From the sequence record KJ190158: a stretch of 64,000 nt of DNA; one strand, written 5' to 3'. Made by a program: the position numbers and the translations under genes. The first letter of the stretch is position 1, and each line of letters opens with the position of its first letter. The notes beneath the pieces are model-generated. The model did no database searches. It was not told where the DNA came from and worked only from the letters and a program-made list of their open reading frames with translations. This document shows positions 46,770-55,596 of this stretch, piece by piece. This DNA is from Escherichia phage FFH2.

Positions 46770-47996
46770 TTAAAACGGTATGTCATCATCAAAGGCGTAC
46801 TGTGCTGGATTCTGATCCATCGGGTCATCTTCCTCATCATTTACAGGAGGAGCGTCTACAGTGTTTTGCTGTGGAGCTGCTTCCTGTTTGGCAGCCTGAG
46901 GTTCTTGATGGTCAGTTGACCCAGCACCGTTCTTGATCCAATCGTACAACGGCTCAGCCAGATTAGTCAAGACATCTTTTGCTTCTGCAGTAATTGCCAC
47001 TGCAAAATCATCAACTTTCGTTTTCTTGTCAATACGGCGACAAGCGTTCAACACCGCATTACCGACACTGGCACCTACTTCATCTTCAGTTCGGTTGGTG
47101 GCTTGAGCATACTCTTTCTTAAGCTCAATGGTGACTACGTGCAGTGTTTTAGCCACTCCCAGTGGGTCGTCTACCTTAAACCCGCGATCCAGGATGATCT
47201 GCAACGCATTGATGCTATGCCCCGTTTCCACACCGATAGGGTCGTAAGAGGATTTACGCTTGCCACCAGATCCTTGAGTGCCGTTCTCTGCCTTAGGGGG
47301 ATAGGCCTTGAAACCACTGATAATGTTTCCGGTGTCTTTGTCAACAATGGCTGCAACACGACCACCTACCACCAGGTCTTTAAGCTGCTCATCAGTTACA
47401 ACCATAGCACCTTCGCCAATCTTGTGGTCATTAACAGTAACCACGTTGCCAACAATCTGAGTCACATCACCATAGATGCGTAAAACGTCCTGATTGGCAT
47501 TCTGCTGAGGTTTCTGCTTCTGGCCTTGTGATTGTGCACCTTGTTGCTGTTTTTGCTGCTGAGTCGCTGCTGGAGCCTCTCCTGCACCCAGCTTAACCAT
47601 CTTAGCCAGTGAGCCCTTGTAATAGGTCTTACCGTTATGCTCGTTTGCCTTCAAAGGGATATTTACGATCCATCCTGGCGTTACGGTTTCCCACTTGTCA
47701 TCAATCTTAACAGAGACAGAGTCTTGATGACCTGGTTTAAGCAGCTTATCACCCATGCTGATCCAGACTTCTTCACCACCTTGAAGCAGGTTATCAGAGG
47801 AATCCAGTTCAGAAATCAGTAAAGAGATGGTGTGGCTGGATTCAATTTTCTTACCTTGCCACACAGTGGTTTTAATACCTGTTGTAGGATCAGCACCTTT
47901 AATAGGCTTGATGCTAACACGTTTAATCATGCCGTGAGCTAGTAAAACAGTTTCACGCGGATTCATTGGGTTAGCGAATTGTTGAATAACGCTCAT
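46770..47996 (-). CDS. ssb: ssDNA-binding protein with SSB-type acidic C-terminal tail
   Basis: Ends DDDIPF identical to E. coli SSB tail; Gln/Gly-rich linker; N-terminal domain not assigned. Confidence 0.6.
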   Translation of the reverse strand: MSVIQQFANPMNPRETVLLAHGMIKRVSIKPIKGADPTTGIKTTVWQGKKIESSHTISLLISELDSSDNLLQGGEEVWISMGDKLLKPGHQDSVSVKIDDKWETVTPGWIVNIPLKANEHNGKTYYKGSLAKMVKLGAGEAPAATQQQKQQQGAQSQGQKQKPQQNANQDVLRIYGDVTQIVGNVVTVNDHKIGEGAMVVTDEQLKDLVVGGRVAAIVDKDTGNIISGFKAYPPKAENGTQGSGGKRKSSYDPIGVETGHSINALQIILDRGFKVDDPLGVAKTLHVVTIELKKEYAQATNRTEDEVGASVGNAVLNACRRIDKKTKVDDFAVAITAEAKDVLTNLAEPLYDWIKNGAGSTDHQEPQAAKQEAAPQQNTVDAPPVNDEEDDPMDQNPAQYAFDDDIPF

Positions 47997-48361
47997 TATT
48001 TGTCTCCTTGTTCTTCGTTAGTGCTTGCCGTGTGTGCGAACCCTGCTTGAATTAATTTGTCCTGAACTTGAGCCAACAGGCCCATTGCAAAACTTGTGGT
48101 CCCAGAGAGGGCCATCAGCATATCCCGTTGTTGAGCTACCCAACCTAAGGCATAGTCCAAACGACGATATTTTTCTTCTTCACGCAGAGCCTGAAATAAT
48201 TGTTCAGCCTCCGGTTGTTGTGTGAGCTCCTGAAGTCTTCCCATGAAAGAAGAAAGCACTAGCAAAAGAGACACTTGATCTTTACTTAACCCTAAGAAAA
48301 ATTCTTGAGGTTGTTCTTGCTCGTTCATCGCAACCGACTCTTGATCGTTCATTTGTTCCAT
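47996..48361 (-). CDS. hypothetical protein
   Basis: Stop overlaps SSB start. Confidence 0.45.
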   Translation of the reverse strand: MEQMNDQESVAMNEQEQPQEFFLGLSKDQVSLLLVLSSFMGRLQELTQQPEAEQLFQALREEEKYRRLDYALGWVAQQRDMLMALSGTTSFAMGLLAQVQDKLIQAGFAHTASTNEEQGDK

Positions 48362-48444
48362 TATGGAATCTCCGATTTTATTTGAACAACATAGAAGGAG
48401 ACACTATTTTAGCATCCCCTTCTGTAAATTACAATAGGTATTTG

Positions 48445-48690
48445 TTAGCCAATCACTTCGAAAGTTCCCCAATTCCCGTCCAGCAGGCAGGTGATCGGAT
48501 CCCCATCGTCGTCAAAGATTTCAAAGTTTTCAGCATCCAGGATGTGGCCCTCGAACACAATACTTTCGTCGCCACCACCAGAGATAACAGCGTATTCCTT
48601 ACCTTGAGTCAAGTTTTGACACCCTTTGCCACCAAAACCTACTTCAACACAACGTACTTTCTGTCCTGCGCGAGCAACTACTTCAGTCAT
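48445..48690 (-). CDS. hypothetical protein
   Basis: RBS aggagacc. Confidence 0.45.
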   Translation of the reverse strand: MTEVVARAGQKVRCVEVGFGGKGCQNLTQGKEYAVISGGGDESIVFEGHILDAENFEIFDDDGDPITCLLDGNWGTFEVIG

Positions 48691-48707
48691 CTTAAGGTCT
48701 CCTGATA

Positions 48708-49028
48708 TTAATCGTCAAGTTCAAAATAGATTTTAACAGCTTCATCGAAGATTGGAATCCCGATGTTGTTGATAAGCTGCCAAACTACCATATCTTTACC
48801 TGGATCTGGGAGAATGTCAACCTTTCTCCATGCGCTGTATACCCAGTTCGGACCGCCTTCTGCACTAACTGGCAGATTTTCACCAGCCTCCTGTAGATAC
48901 TTATACAGCAAAAGATATTCTGGATACTCCAGAACACTGTCCTCTGTAGTATATAGCAGTTCACGGTATACTTTTAAGAACCCTGCTGGGGTGATGTTTT
49001 CAGTCTTCATTTGCTGCTTCTCCTGCAT
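48708..49028 (-). CDS. hypothetical protein
   Basis: ORF only. Confidence 0.45.
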   Translation of the reverse strand: MQEKQQMKTENITPAGFLKVYRELLYTTEDSVLEYPEYLLLYKYLQEAGENLPVSAEGGPNWVYSAWRKVDILPDPGKDMVVWQLINNIGIPIFDEAVKIYFELDD

Positions 49029-49389
49029 TCATCAGATCTGCCATAGCGTCACCCACGAAGAGAACAACCACATCGTTTACCGCGTCAGCATCATCTTTGT
49101 TGACGTTGCTGAATTTAGGACACACAGCAATAATCATATAGACACCGTTACCCACCTGAACTGTCCGTGTGGTGCACATCATGGCGGTATTTGTGCCTTC
49201 TTTGAAGGCGAAGCCTTGAAGACGCTCCTCTAGAGTGTTACCGGTAGACTTCAGAAGCGCCAGCTCGTCCAAGGCATAGATGATATCTCCGGAAGTTAGT
49301 GTTGCCTTGCCATCAGACACCATAATCACTCCATCAGCACCGTCAAGCTTAGAGGCTTCAAAGATATCAATATCCCAAATATTTTTCAT
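49000..49389 (-). CDS. hypothetical protein
   Basis: ORF only. Confidence 0.45.
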   Translation of the reverse strand: MKNIWDIDIFEASKLDGADGVIMVSDGKATLTSGDIIYALDELALLKSTGNTLEERLQGFAFKEGTNTAMMCTTRTVQVGNGVYMIIAVCPKFSNVNKDDADAVNDVVVLFVGDAMADLMNAGEAANED

Positions 49390-49721
49390 TACGCTTCCTC
49401 GTCGTCTAAGTAATCATCAAGAGAGGTGAAGATTTCACCGAAGTATTCTAAGATTTCTAGCTCACGTGTGGTGCAGCAAACATAATCGCCTTGGTCGTCC
49501 TTAATAGTGGCCTCTTTACCCAGAATATCTACTTCAAGTTCATCGTTCAACAGGACGGCCCCTGTGTAAACTTTGTCAGCTGTGCAGTCCCGAAAAGCAG
49601 AGTCCTTCTCCAGATAGTCTGGCTTAACCTTGGCTTTAATTCGTTGGTATTGTTTGGTCATTGTTGTGGTCCCCTTTCGTTTTGATAGGACCATTGTATT
49701 AGGTCCTATCGCTGTTGTCAA
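49389..49721 (-). CDS. hypothetical protein, paralog of 49725-49979
   Basis: Shared KVKPDY..AFRDCTADKVY vs ITLKPEC..AFKDCTVGAIY. Confidence 0.45.
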   Translation of the reverse strand: MTTAIGPNTMVLSKRKGTTTMTKQYQRIKAKVKPDYLEKDSAFRDCTADKVYTGAVLLNDELEVDILGKEATIKDDQGDYVCCTTRELEILEYFGEIFTSLDDYLDDEEA

Positions 49722-49724
49722 GTA

Positions 49725-49979
49725 TTAATGTTCAGGTTTTACAAAAACGACTTCATTAACAGTGCACCAGACAGAGTCTCCTTCATCATCTTTAAAGGTA
49801 AGGCACTGTGCTGAGTTTTCCAGCTCATCGATCTCTTCTTGTGATAAAGGGGCCCCTTCTTCCAGAAGGGCTTTTACCAGAGGGTTCTCACAAAACTCTG
49901 CTTCATAAATTGCACCGACTGTGCAATCTTTAAAAGCTCGGTCATTTGCAACGCATTCTGGCTTCAAAGTAATTTTCAT
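49725..49979 (-). CDS. hypothetical protein, paralog of 49389-49721
   Basis: See paired gene; RBS aaggagactg. Confidence 0.45.
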   Translation of the reverse strand: MKITLKPECVANDRAFKDCTVGAIYEAEFCENPLVKALLEEGAPLSQEEIDELENSAQCLTFKDDEGDSVWCTVNEVVFVKPEH

Positions 49980-50055
49980 CTTGGCAGTCTCCTTAGTTAT
50001 TTAAAAATCACCGATCTGTTTGTGTGAAGCATCTTATATCTAATCTTACTTCTTG

Positions 50056-50427
50056 TCAATGGCTATTTTCAATCAGCCACACAGGGTCGAGGTAAATTTG
50101 TTGGCGTGTTGCCCAATGACAAACTTCATTGTACATCTGAATCTCTTTGTCCGTCAGTTCACGAATAGGCTCATCTATACCCTCATTTTTGTGGTAATCC
50201 CAGTCGGCATCGATTTCCCACAGCCATGACTTGTTGTCACCACGCTTACGCACACAGAAGTCACCGGGACGGCCTGCCAATGCATTTAAGAACTCGTTCT
50301 CCGCTCGCTCTTGGAGAATACTAAGGAGCAAAACGTTAGAACATGACCGTAGAATATGCTTCAGCTCACAATCATCAATCTCAACTTCAATACGTTGTTT
50401 GACTGTGTGGGTACCTTTTACTAACAT
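50056..50427 (-). CDS. hypothetical protein
   Basis: ATG 50427 after gaggagg. Confidence 0.45.
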   Translation of the reverse strand: MLVKGTHTVKQRIEVEIDDCELKHILRSCSNVLLLSILQERAENEFLNALAGRPGDFCVRKRGDNKSWLWEIDADWDYHKNEGIDEPIRELTDKEIQMYNEVCHWATRQQIYLDPVWLIENSH

Positions 50428-50437
50428 CCTACCTCCT

Positions 50438-50632
50438 CTAAACGAACTCTGCAAGGGTTGTGTTGTTCACTGCACCGCAGTAAATGGAGTATCCCAGCCC
50501 ATTAGAGTGCAGAAACCACGGCGTTCCGAAATTATCTTTCACGTAGACATCGCCGTTGCTTGTAAAGGGCCAATATTCTTCGCCAAGGGTAAAATACCTA
50601 CTCATACCTTCAGCAAGATACTTTACTTTCAT
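50438..50632 (-). CDS. hypothetical protein
   Basis: ORF only. Confidence 0.4.
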   Translation of the reverse strand: MKVKYLAEGMSRYFTLGEEYWPFTSNGDVYVKDNFGTPWFLHSNGLGYSIYCGAVNNTTLAEFV

Positions 50633-50856
50633 AGGTCCTCTTCTACAGCTACAAACTTGGCAAGCAGGGTGGTTCCGTAGATATGATACTCACCGTTTGC
50701 CAGATGGGAGATAAACCAGGCAATCCCTTCCTCGTCTTTAATCATCTTGTTTGCACGATTTTTATCGTAATAAACCTCGTAGGTCTTTCCTTCTTTAAAG
50801 AATGACAGGTCTGTCATCTTTTCTTCTACAAAAGTAGCTTTAACCAAAGTTGTCAT
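50629..50856 (-). CDS. hypothetical protein
   Basis: ORF only. Confidence 0.4.
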   Translation of the reverse strand: MTTLVKATFVEEKMTDLSFFKEGKTYEVYYDKNRANKMIKDEEGIAWFISHLANGEYHIYGTTLLAKFVAVEEDL

Positions 50857-51170
50857 TGATCGGTCTCCTTCTTGTTAAGTCTGAATACTGCAATAATAAC
50901 ATTCCCAAGGTGCAGTGTCAAATCATTTCCAAGATACCACAACATTCCACGGTCATCTTTGATGAAAGGGTAACAATCTGGTGCCTTCCAGACATTGTAC
51001 ACTTTCCCAACCTGAAAGAAATCAGGCCCTGTTGGGATTTTGGTACCAGGCCACACTTGAGATACCTGAACACACTCCACCTGCATAATAACAGGGATAG
51101 TCATAGATGTAAATGTTTTTGTTGGTTCTACTACCATAAAAGTCTCCTCTTTGCTCAACAACACTTCCAT
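50853..51170 (-). CDS. hypothetical protein
   Basis: ORF-track GTG start 51227 would overlap polymerase exon 2; ATG 51170 chosen, no clear RBS. Confidence 0.3.
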   Translation of the reverse strand: MEVLLSKEETFMVVEPTKTFTSMTIPVIMQVECVQVSQVWPGTKIPTGPDFFQVGKVYNVWKAPDCYPFIKDDRGMLWYLGNDLTLHLGNVIIAVFRLNKKETDQ

Positions 51171-51186
51171 GTGTTGATAGTTTACA

Positions 51187-51540
51187 TTAGTGACAATCAC
51201 CCCAATTACGACCACACAAGTATTCACCTGTGATCTGGAACGGGACTCCCATCATTTTAGAAGCTTGCCAGAAGCAATGTACCACCATTTCGCCCACAGG
51301 ACTCCAGATAAGTTCAAGCTTTCCGTCATCGTTCAAGATAGGATCGTACACCGTGTTTCCGTCTCTGTCAACCACTTCGTTTCCGTCCTCATCCTTGCGT
51401 GCCTTTTTGTACTTATGACCGTCGAACACATGAAGTTTGGCCTCCTGCTCTGCCTTAAATGCTTCCAGTTCTTCGATTGTGTCGAAGGTGTACACAGTCT
51501 TATACTTCGGTGTGTCAGGGACTTGAAGCTGATATTCATC
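51187..51540 (-). CDS. DNA polymerase family A, exon 2 (C-terminal, begins DE of motif C)
   Basis: Begins DEYQLQV completing YYH-DE; ends GRNWGDCH like T7 pol terminal GPNWAICH. Confidence 0.75.
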   Translation of the reverse strand, partial: DEYQLQVPDTPKYKTVYTFDTIEELEAFKAEQEAKLHVFDGHKYKKARKDEDGNEVVDRDGNTVYDPILNDDGKLELIWSPVGEMVVHCFWQASKMMGVPFQITGEYLCGRNWGDCH

Positions 51541-52383
51541 CATCTGTTCAGGTAGGTCGTTAAGCTACCCCGCACCATTACGTGCATAGCCATACAGTTT
51601 CCTGTATGGATCGGACTACCTCACTGCCTTGGTAACAAGGCACCTCCCATTTCGACCGCACTTGCTGGCCTACTCTACTCGCTTCTTCACACCAACCTAT
51701 GTTGGAGCTATGCTTTCGATAGTCTCTGAACGTTACTACCAGGTGTAGTTTTTAGAGATATGTTTCCACTGTCTTCTTTGCTTTATAGCCCTGACGGTCT
51801 CATAAGGATATCCAAGATCCCTAATCTCGCATTGTCGTAGACCACTCTGCAACAGTTCGCAAATCTCTATTACCTCATCTTCTGTCAGCACAGCGTTAGC
51901 ATTATACTCACCAACTGGCCTTACTCTGAGGTCATTATCATAGGCGTGCTTGATATTTCCACCAGGGGTGGTCCATTCTAGGTTCCAGTATGCATTGTTG
52001 TACTTATTCCCATCCTTATGGTTCACCCATGTGAGTCTTTCAGGATCTGGGTTTGATACAAAGCATTCAGCAACCAGGTGGTGGACACCTTTTGTGCACT
52101 GCTTCCCCTCGATTAGCATGGTTACGCAAAGGTAACCTCTACCATTATCAAAACAAAACATTGTTGTATGATCACGTTTCGATAAAGGTATTGTTCCATC
52201 ATCAAACACGGTATACCCGTGATAATCAGCTGTTCTAGCCATTTTAACTACACCCCTTTAGTCTTCGCTGCGGATTAGCATATTGAGCTTTTACCATACT
52301 CAGGTGTAAAAGTCAACTTAGCTTCCCCGTCAATTAAAGAGGTTATTCGACATAGATTACTCTATGAAGCCACAATGTTATTT
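51541..52383 (-). mobile_element. Group I intron in DNA polymerase gene, carrying an HNH homing endonuclease ORF
   Basis: Insert splits HDE motif; exon 1 ends on U, insert ends on G; agacta/tagtc P7-like pair in 195-nt 3' core. Confidence 0.7.
51736..52242 (-). CDS. HNH homing endonuclease (intron-encoded)
   Basis: VNHKDGNKYNNAYWNLEWTTPGGNIKH HNH motif; RBS aaagggg. Confidence 0.7.
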   Translation of the reverse strand: MARTADYHGYTVFDDGTIPLSKRDHTTMFCFDNGRGYLCVTMLIEGKQCTKGVHHLVAECFVSNPDPERLTWVNHKDGNKYNNAYWNLEWTTPGGNIKHAYDNDLRVRPVGEYNANAVLTEDEVIEICELLQSGLRQCEIRDLGYPYETVRAIKQRRQWKHISKNYTW

Positions 52384-54807
52384 ATGGTAATAAATAATAC
52401 GACGAACACCTTCATCGTACCACCCACGCTTCACCATTTGGTGGTGCATGAGTATCCCAACTAAGTCACACAACGATGCACCACCATTTTGTTGGTATGC
52501 ATTAAGTAAAGAGTGTTTAGATCGGGTCCAGATGGCATGACCATCAAAAGAGTAGATAAACTTCTTACCCGTTGCTTCCCAGAATTTCTCCAGATCCTCT
52601 TTACGGCCCTTAAGACCAGGGTTGGCATCCCAAAGCGCATCGATTACCCTTTGTCCCAACTCTGGAGAGATGTCCAGCATATCTGCAACTTTATCTTTTT
52701 GTGCCCCGTACATAACCCCATACGTGATAGGTTTACCGTCGTTACGGGACACCTCTCTGCCTGCTACTTTTGTATATGCCTCAGCATTGTTTTGGTGTGC
52801 GTCTCCGTTACTTACAACATCATAATACAAGCCGTTGTCGAACTCAAAGGCACCCCAAGCCCCGATAAGCTGCTCTAAGTTGGACCCGTCAATACCGATC
52901 TCAAAGTATCCAGGAGGAACACCCCACAGACTACGCATCTCTTTACCCATAACCACTTTAGGAGATGGTTTAGGCATGTTTGCACAAATACTGTGTTTCT
53001 GTCTGGAAGTGTTTGTTAATCCAGAGCTTTTAGCAGGAAGCTTATGGTCAATCTTCAAACGTGGGTGATTAAGAAGACCAGTGTCAACCTTATCCTCCTT
53101 GATTGGATCAAGTACCGATCTGCGGTTTCGCAATGATAACCATAAGACGATATCTTTAGCCATCTCTCCGTTCAATTTTTCAAGATTCGGACACAGGTGT
53201 CCAAACGTATCTTTCAGTTGCGGAGAAGTAATAAGTGCCCTAGCTTTTCTACGTATTTTCCCGAATACTTCCTTTTTAATCCTTTCGGAGTTAGGAAAGC
53301 TTCGGAACTTGTGCACTGTTGTCTGAAACTTAGCATCAGTTTTGTTCCAGAAGTTGATAATTAGGTCACAATACTCTGACTCTAAAAGCTCGTCCATGTA
53401 TGCATATACTCGTGCATCAACATCTGCATCAGGTAGAGCTTTCTTCTTGCTGTCTTTAGTTACATCCTTAGTTCTCCACATTGTCGGAAGCCAACCAGCA
53501 CTGATCAGGTATCGCTTAATGTCGTCCTGATTGCTGATTTTCATAGGTATCTTGCAGTCAGGCATTCGCTTCTGCTGCAGATCGCTTATTGCCTGATCCA
53601 TCAGCTCTTTAGGCAAAGGTTGTGGTGTGGAGGTGCCCTTAATATAGCCTCTCAAGAAATCAGCCATCTTATCGTGGTCTTTGCAGCCCATCTCTTCACA
53701 CCATTTTATCCCCATTTTACTGACATCTCCTGTGGAGGTAAATGCTCGCTTAGGTGGGGCTTTGAACTCTAAAGCGCTCATGTCTACAGGATAGCCAAGC
53801 TTATCTTTTAACCATTTCCAACCATTATTGGAGATTGTCCCATCTTGGTTAAACGGCTTTTCAGGGAACTTGGGCCGCTGAGACATTGACAGCTCTTTTA
53901 AAGGTAGTTGTGGTTCAACACGATCAGCTATTTCTTTCATCCACGCATCGCAACGGTCACGTAAAGCAATAGCCCCGTCTATGTCGAAATACACACCCTG
54001 ACGGGCCTGCAGCTCCATCAGGAAGTGCTGCAGCATGCCTCGACGTAGTGCGTTCTTCCAGGTGATCTTCTTGAACCCTTTCGGCTTCTCTTTGGCTGGA
54101 TCGTACATAAAGTTCTGCATGTCAGATTTGCCGTAGAATACACCTTTTGATTCCGCTACCAGCTCTTTCCAGAGCAGCTCCTGGATGATAACGTCCTCGA
54201 ATACACGATCCACATACTTCCACAACGGAAGATCGCGCCAGTCATCAATTTGAACTTTCTGGTTACCAAGGGCGTAGCCCCATGCCATAAGGCCGTGAGG
54301 ACCAACAGGCTGCATTTTCTTAGTAACCGGGTTGAATACAGAGTCCGGACAACCTTTTGGTAAAGGGCGATCAGGCCACAAGATTCGGCTCATCGCCAAC
54401 GTATCAAACAGGTTAACCTGGTGGTCGTTGATAGTCCCCATACATTTAGGATCACGGAACATATCAAAATGAATACCGGATAATCTCTCCATCAGCATAA
54501 AGTCATAACTGTAGCAGTTATGGCAGTTCAAAGCTGTTGGTGACCAGTCGGAATTGCCTGTAAGCCAACCCTCCAACTCCGAAAAATCTGCTATGCGAAC
54601 TTCAAAATCCTTATAAAGAGTTTTCTTTGCCAGAATAAAGTTCTTAGCCTTCTCTATATCCTCCTCGGAGTAGTGTGTGCGGTCATTTAGAGGAAGGAAC
54701 AGCATAAAACGGTTCTTATTCAGCTCTTTAAACAGGCCGCAATGATAATAAAGATCTGGGTCTTCCAAAAGCCCTGAGGCCTCCAGATCGAAGCACCAAT
54801 TACTCAT
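52384..54807 (-). CDS. DNA polymerase family A, exon 1 (3'-5' exo and polymerase motifs A/B)
   Basis: Exo I CFDLEASG; motif B KPITYGVMYGAQ; region QQNGGASLCDLVGIL..KRGWYDEG aligns with T7 pol just upstream of HDE. Confidence 0.8.
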
Positions 54808-55538
54808 ACTGTCTCCTCCTGTGTCTTCTCAGCATTCTTTCTTGCAGCTATTGCATCGTCCCTGTTCTTGAAATACCCAAGGCATTTCCTTTTACCATCT
54901 ACATGAATTCTGGCTACCCATCTTTCATGGGTTTTATCCCAATTCACCCCTGAGCAACCGCTGGTGTTATTATACTGCACGGCTCTTCCACTCTTGTGCG
55001 AAAAACCATTATCTTCGAAGAACTTTCTTGCCCACTCTGCCTCTTCAAAAGTTCTGTACTGGCCTAGCCAGACCCTTTCACCTACAGAGTCTGTGCCTTG
55101 AGCTACCCATGCCCCTCTTTCTTCAGAATAGTGCACCCCGACCCTGCCAGATTTGTTGTTGCTACGAGGTATCTTGCAACTTTTCTTTTTGTTATCTGTA
55201 GGTTCGAGTAGTTGCAAATTATGAATACTGTTGTCAGCCACACCACCTGTTTCCCTTATCTCCTTGATGTGGTCAACCTCATACCCTTCCGGTACAGGAC
55301 CGTTAAACATTTCCCAGATTATAACGTGGGCACCTTTAGTGCAATGCTTTCCTAGACTAACCACAGGCCTGCCATCAGCATCTTGCCCCTTGTCAGCTCT
55401 GGAGCCTGCTGAAGTTTTAACATATCCTACACCGCTGCCTGCCAGAATGTCTATCTTCCAAAAAAGATTTTGACCGTCATACTCCAATATTTCTGACCAC
55501 AAGTGATTAGCTACACAGTGATCTCTGAACTCGTTCAT
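54804..55538 (-). CDS. Free-standing HNH endonuclease with AP2-like DNA-binding repeats
   Basis: YEVDHIKEIRETGGVADNSIHNLQLL HNH; two GV(H/N)..ERG/W..WVA AP2-like repeats. Confidence 0.65.
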   Translation of the reverse strand: MNEFRDHCVANHLWSEILEYDGQNLFWKIDILAGSGVGYVKTSAGSRADKGQDADGRPVVSLGKHCTKGAHVIIWEMFNGPVPEGYEVDHIKEIRETGGVADNSIHNLQLLEPTDNKKKSCKIPRSNNKSGRVGVHYSEERGAWVAQGTDSVGERVWLGQYRTFEEAEWARKFFEDNGFSHKSGRAVQYNNTSGCSGVNWDKTHERWVARIHVDGKRKCLGYFKNRDDAIAARKNAEKTQEETV

Positions 55539-55596
55539 AAAGTGTTCTCCTTAAAGGGGAGGCGGTTGTACTACCCCTCCCACTCTTTGTTAAACA

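Noticed and set aside
52513-53530. Plus-strand ORFs antisense to the DNA polymerase (52513-52878, 52622-52825, 52835-53068, 53081-53326, 53342-53530)
   Set aside because: Embedded antisense in a long conserved gene, no RBS; typical shadow ORFs.
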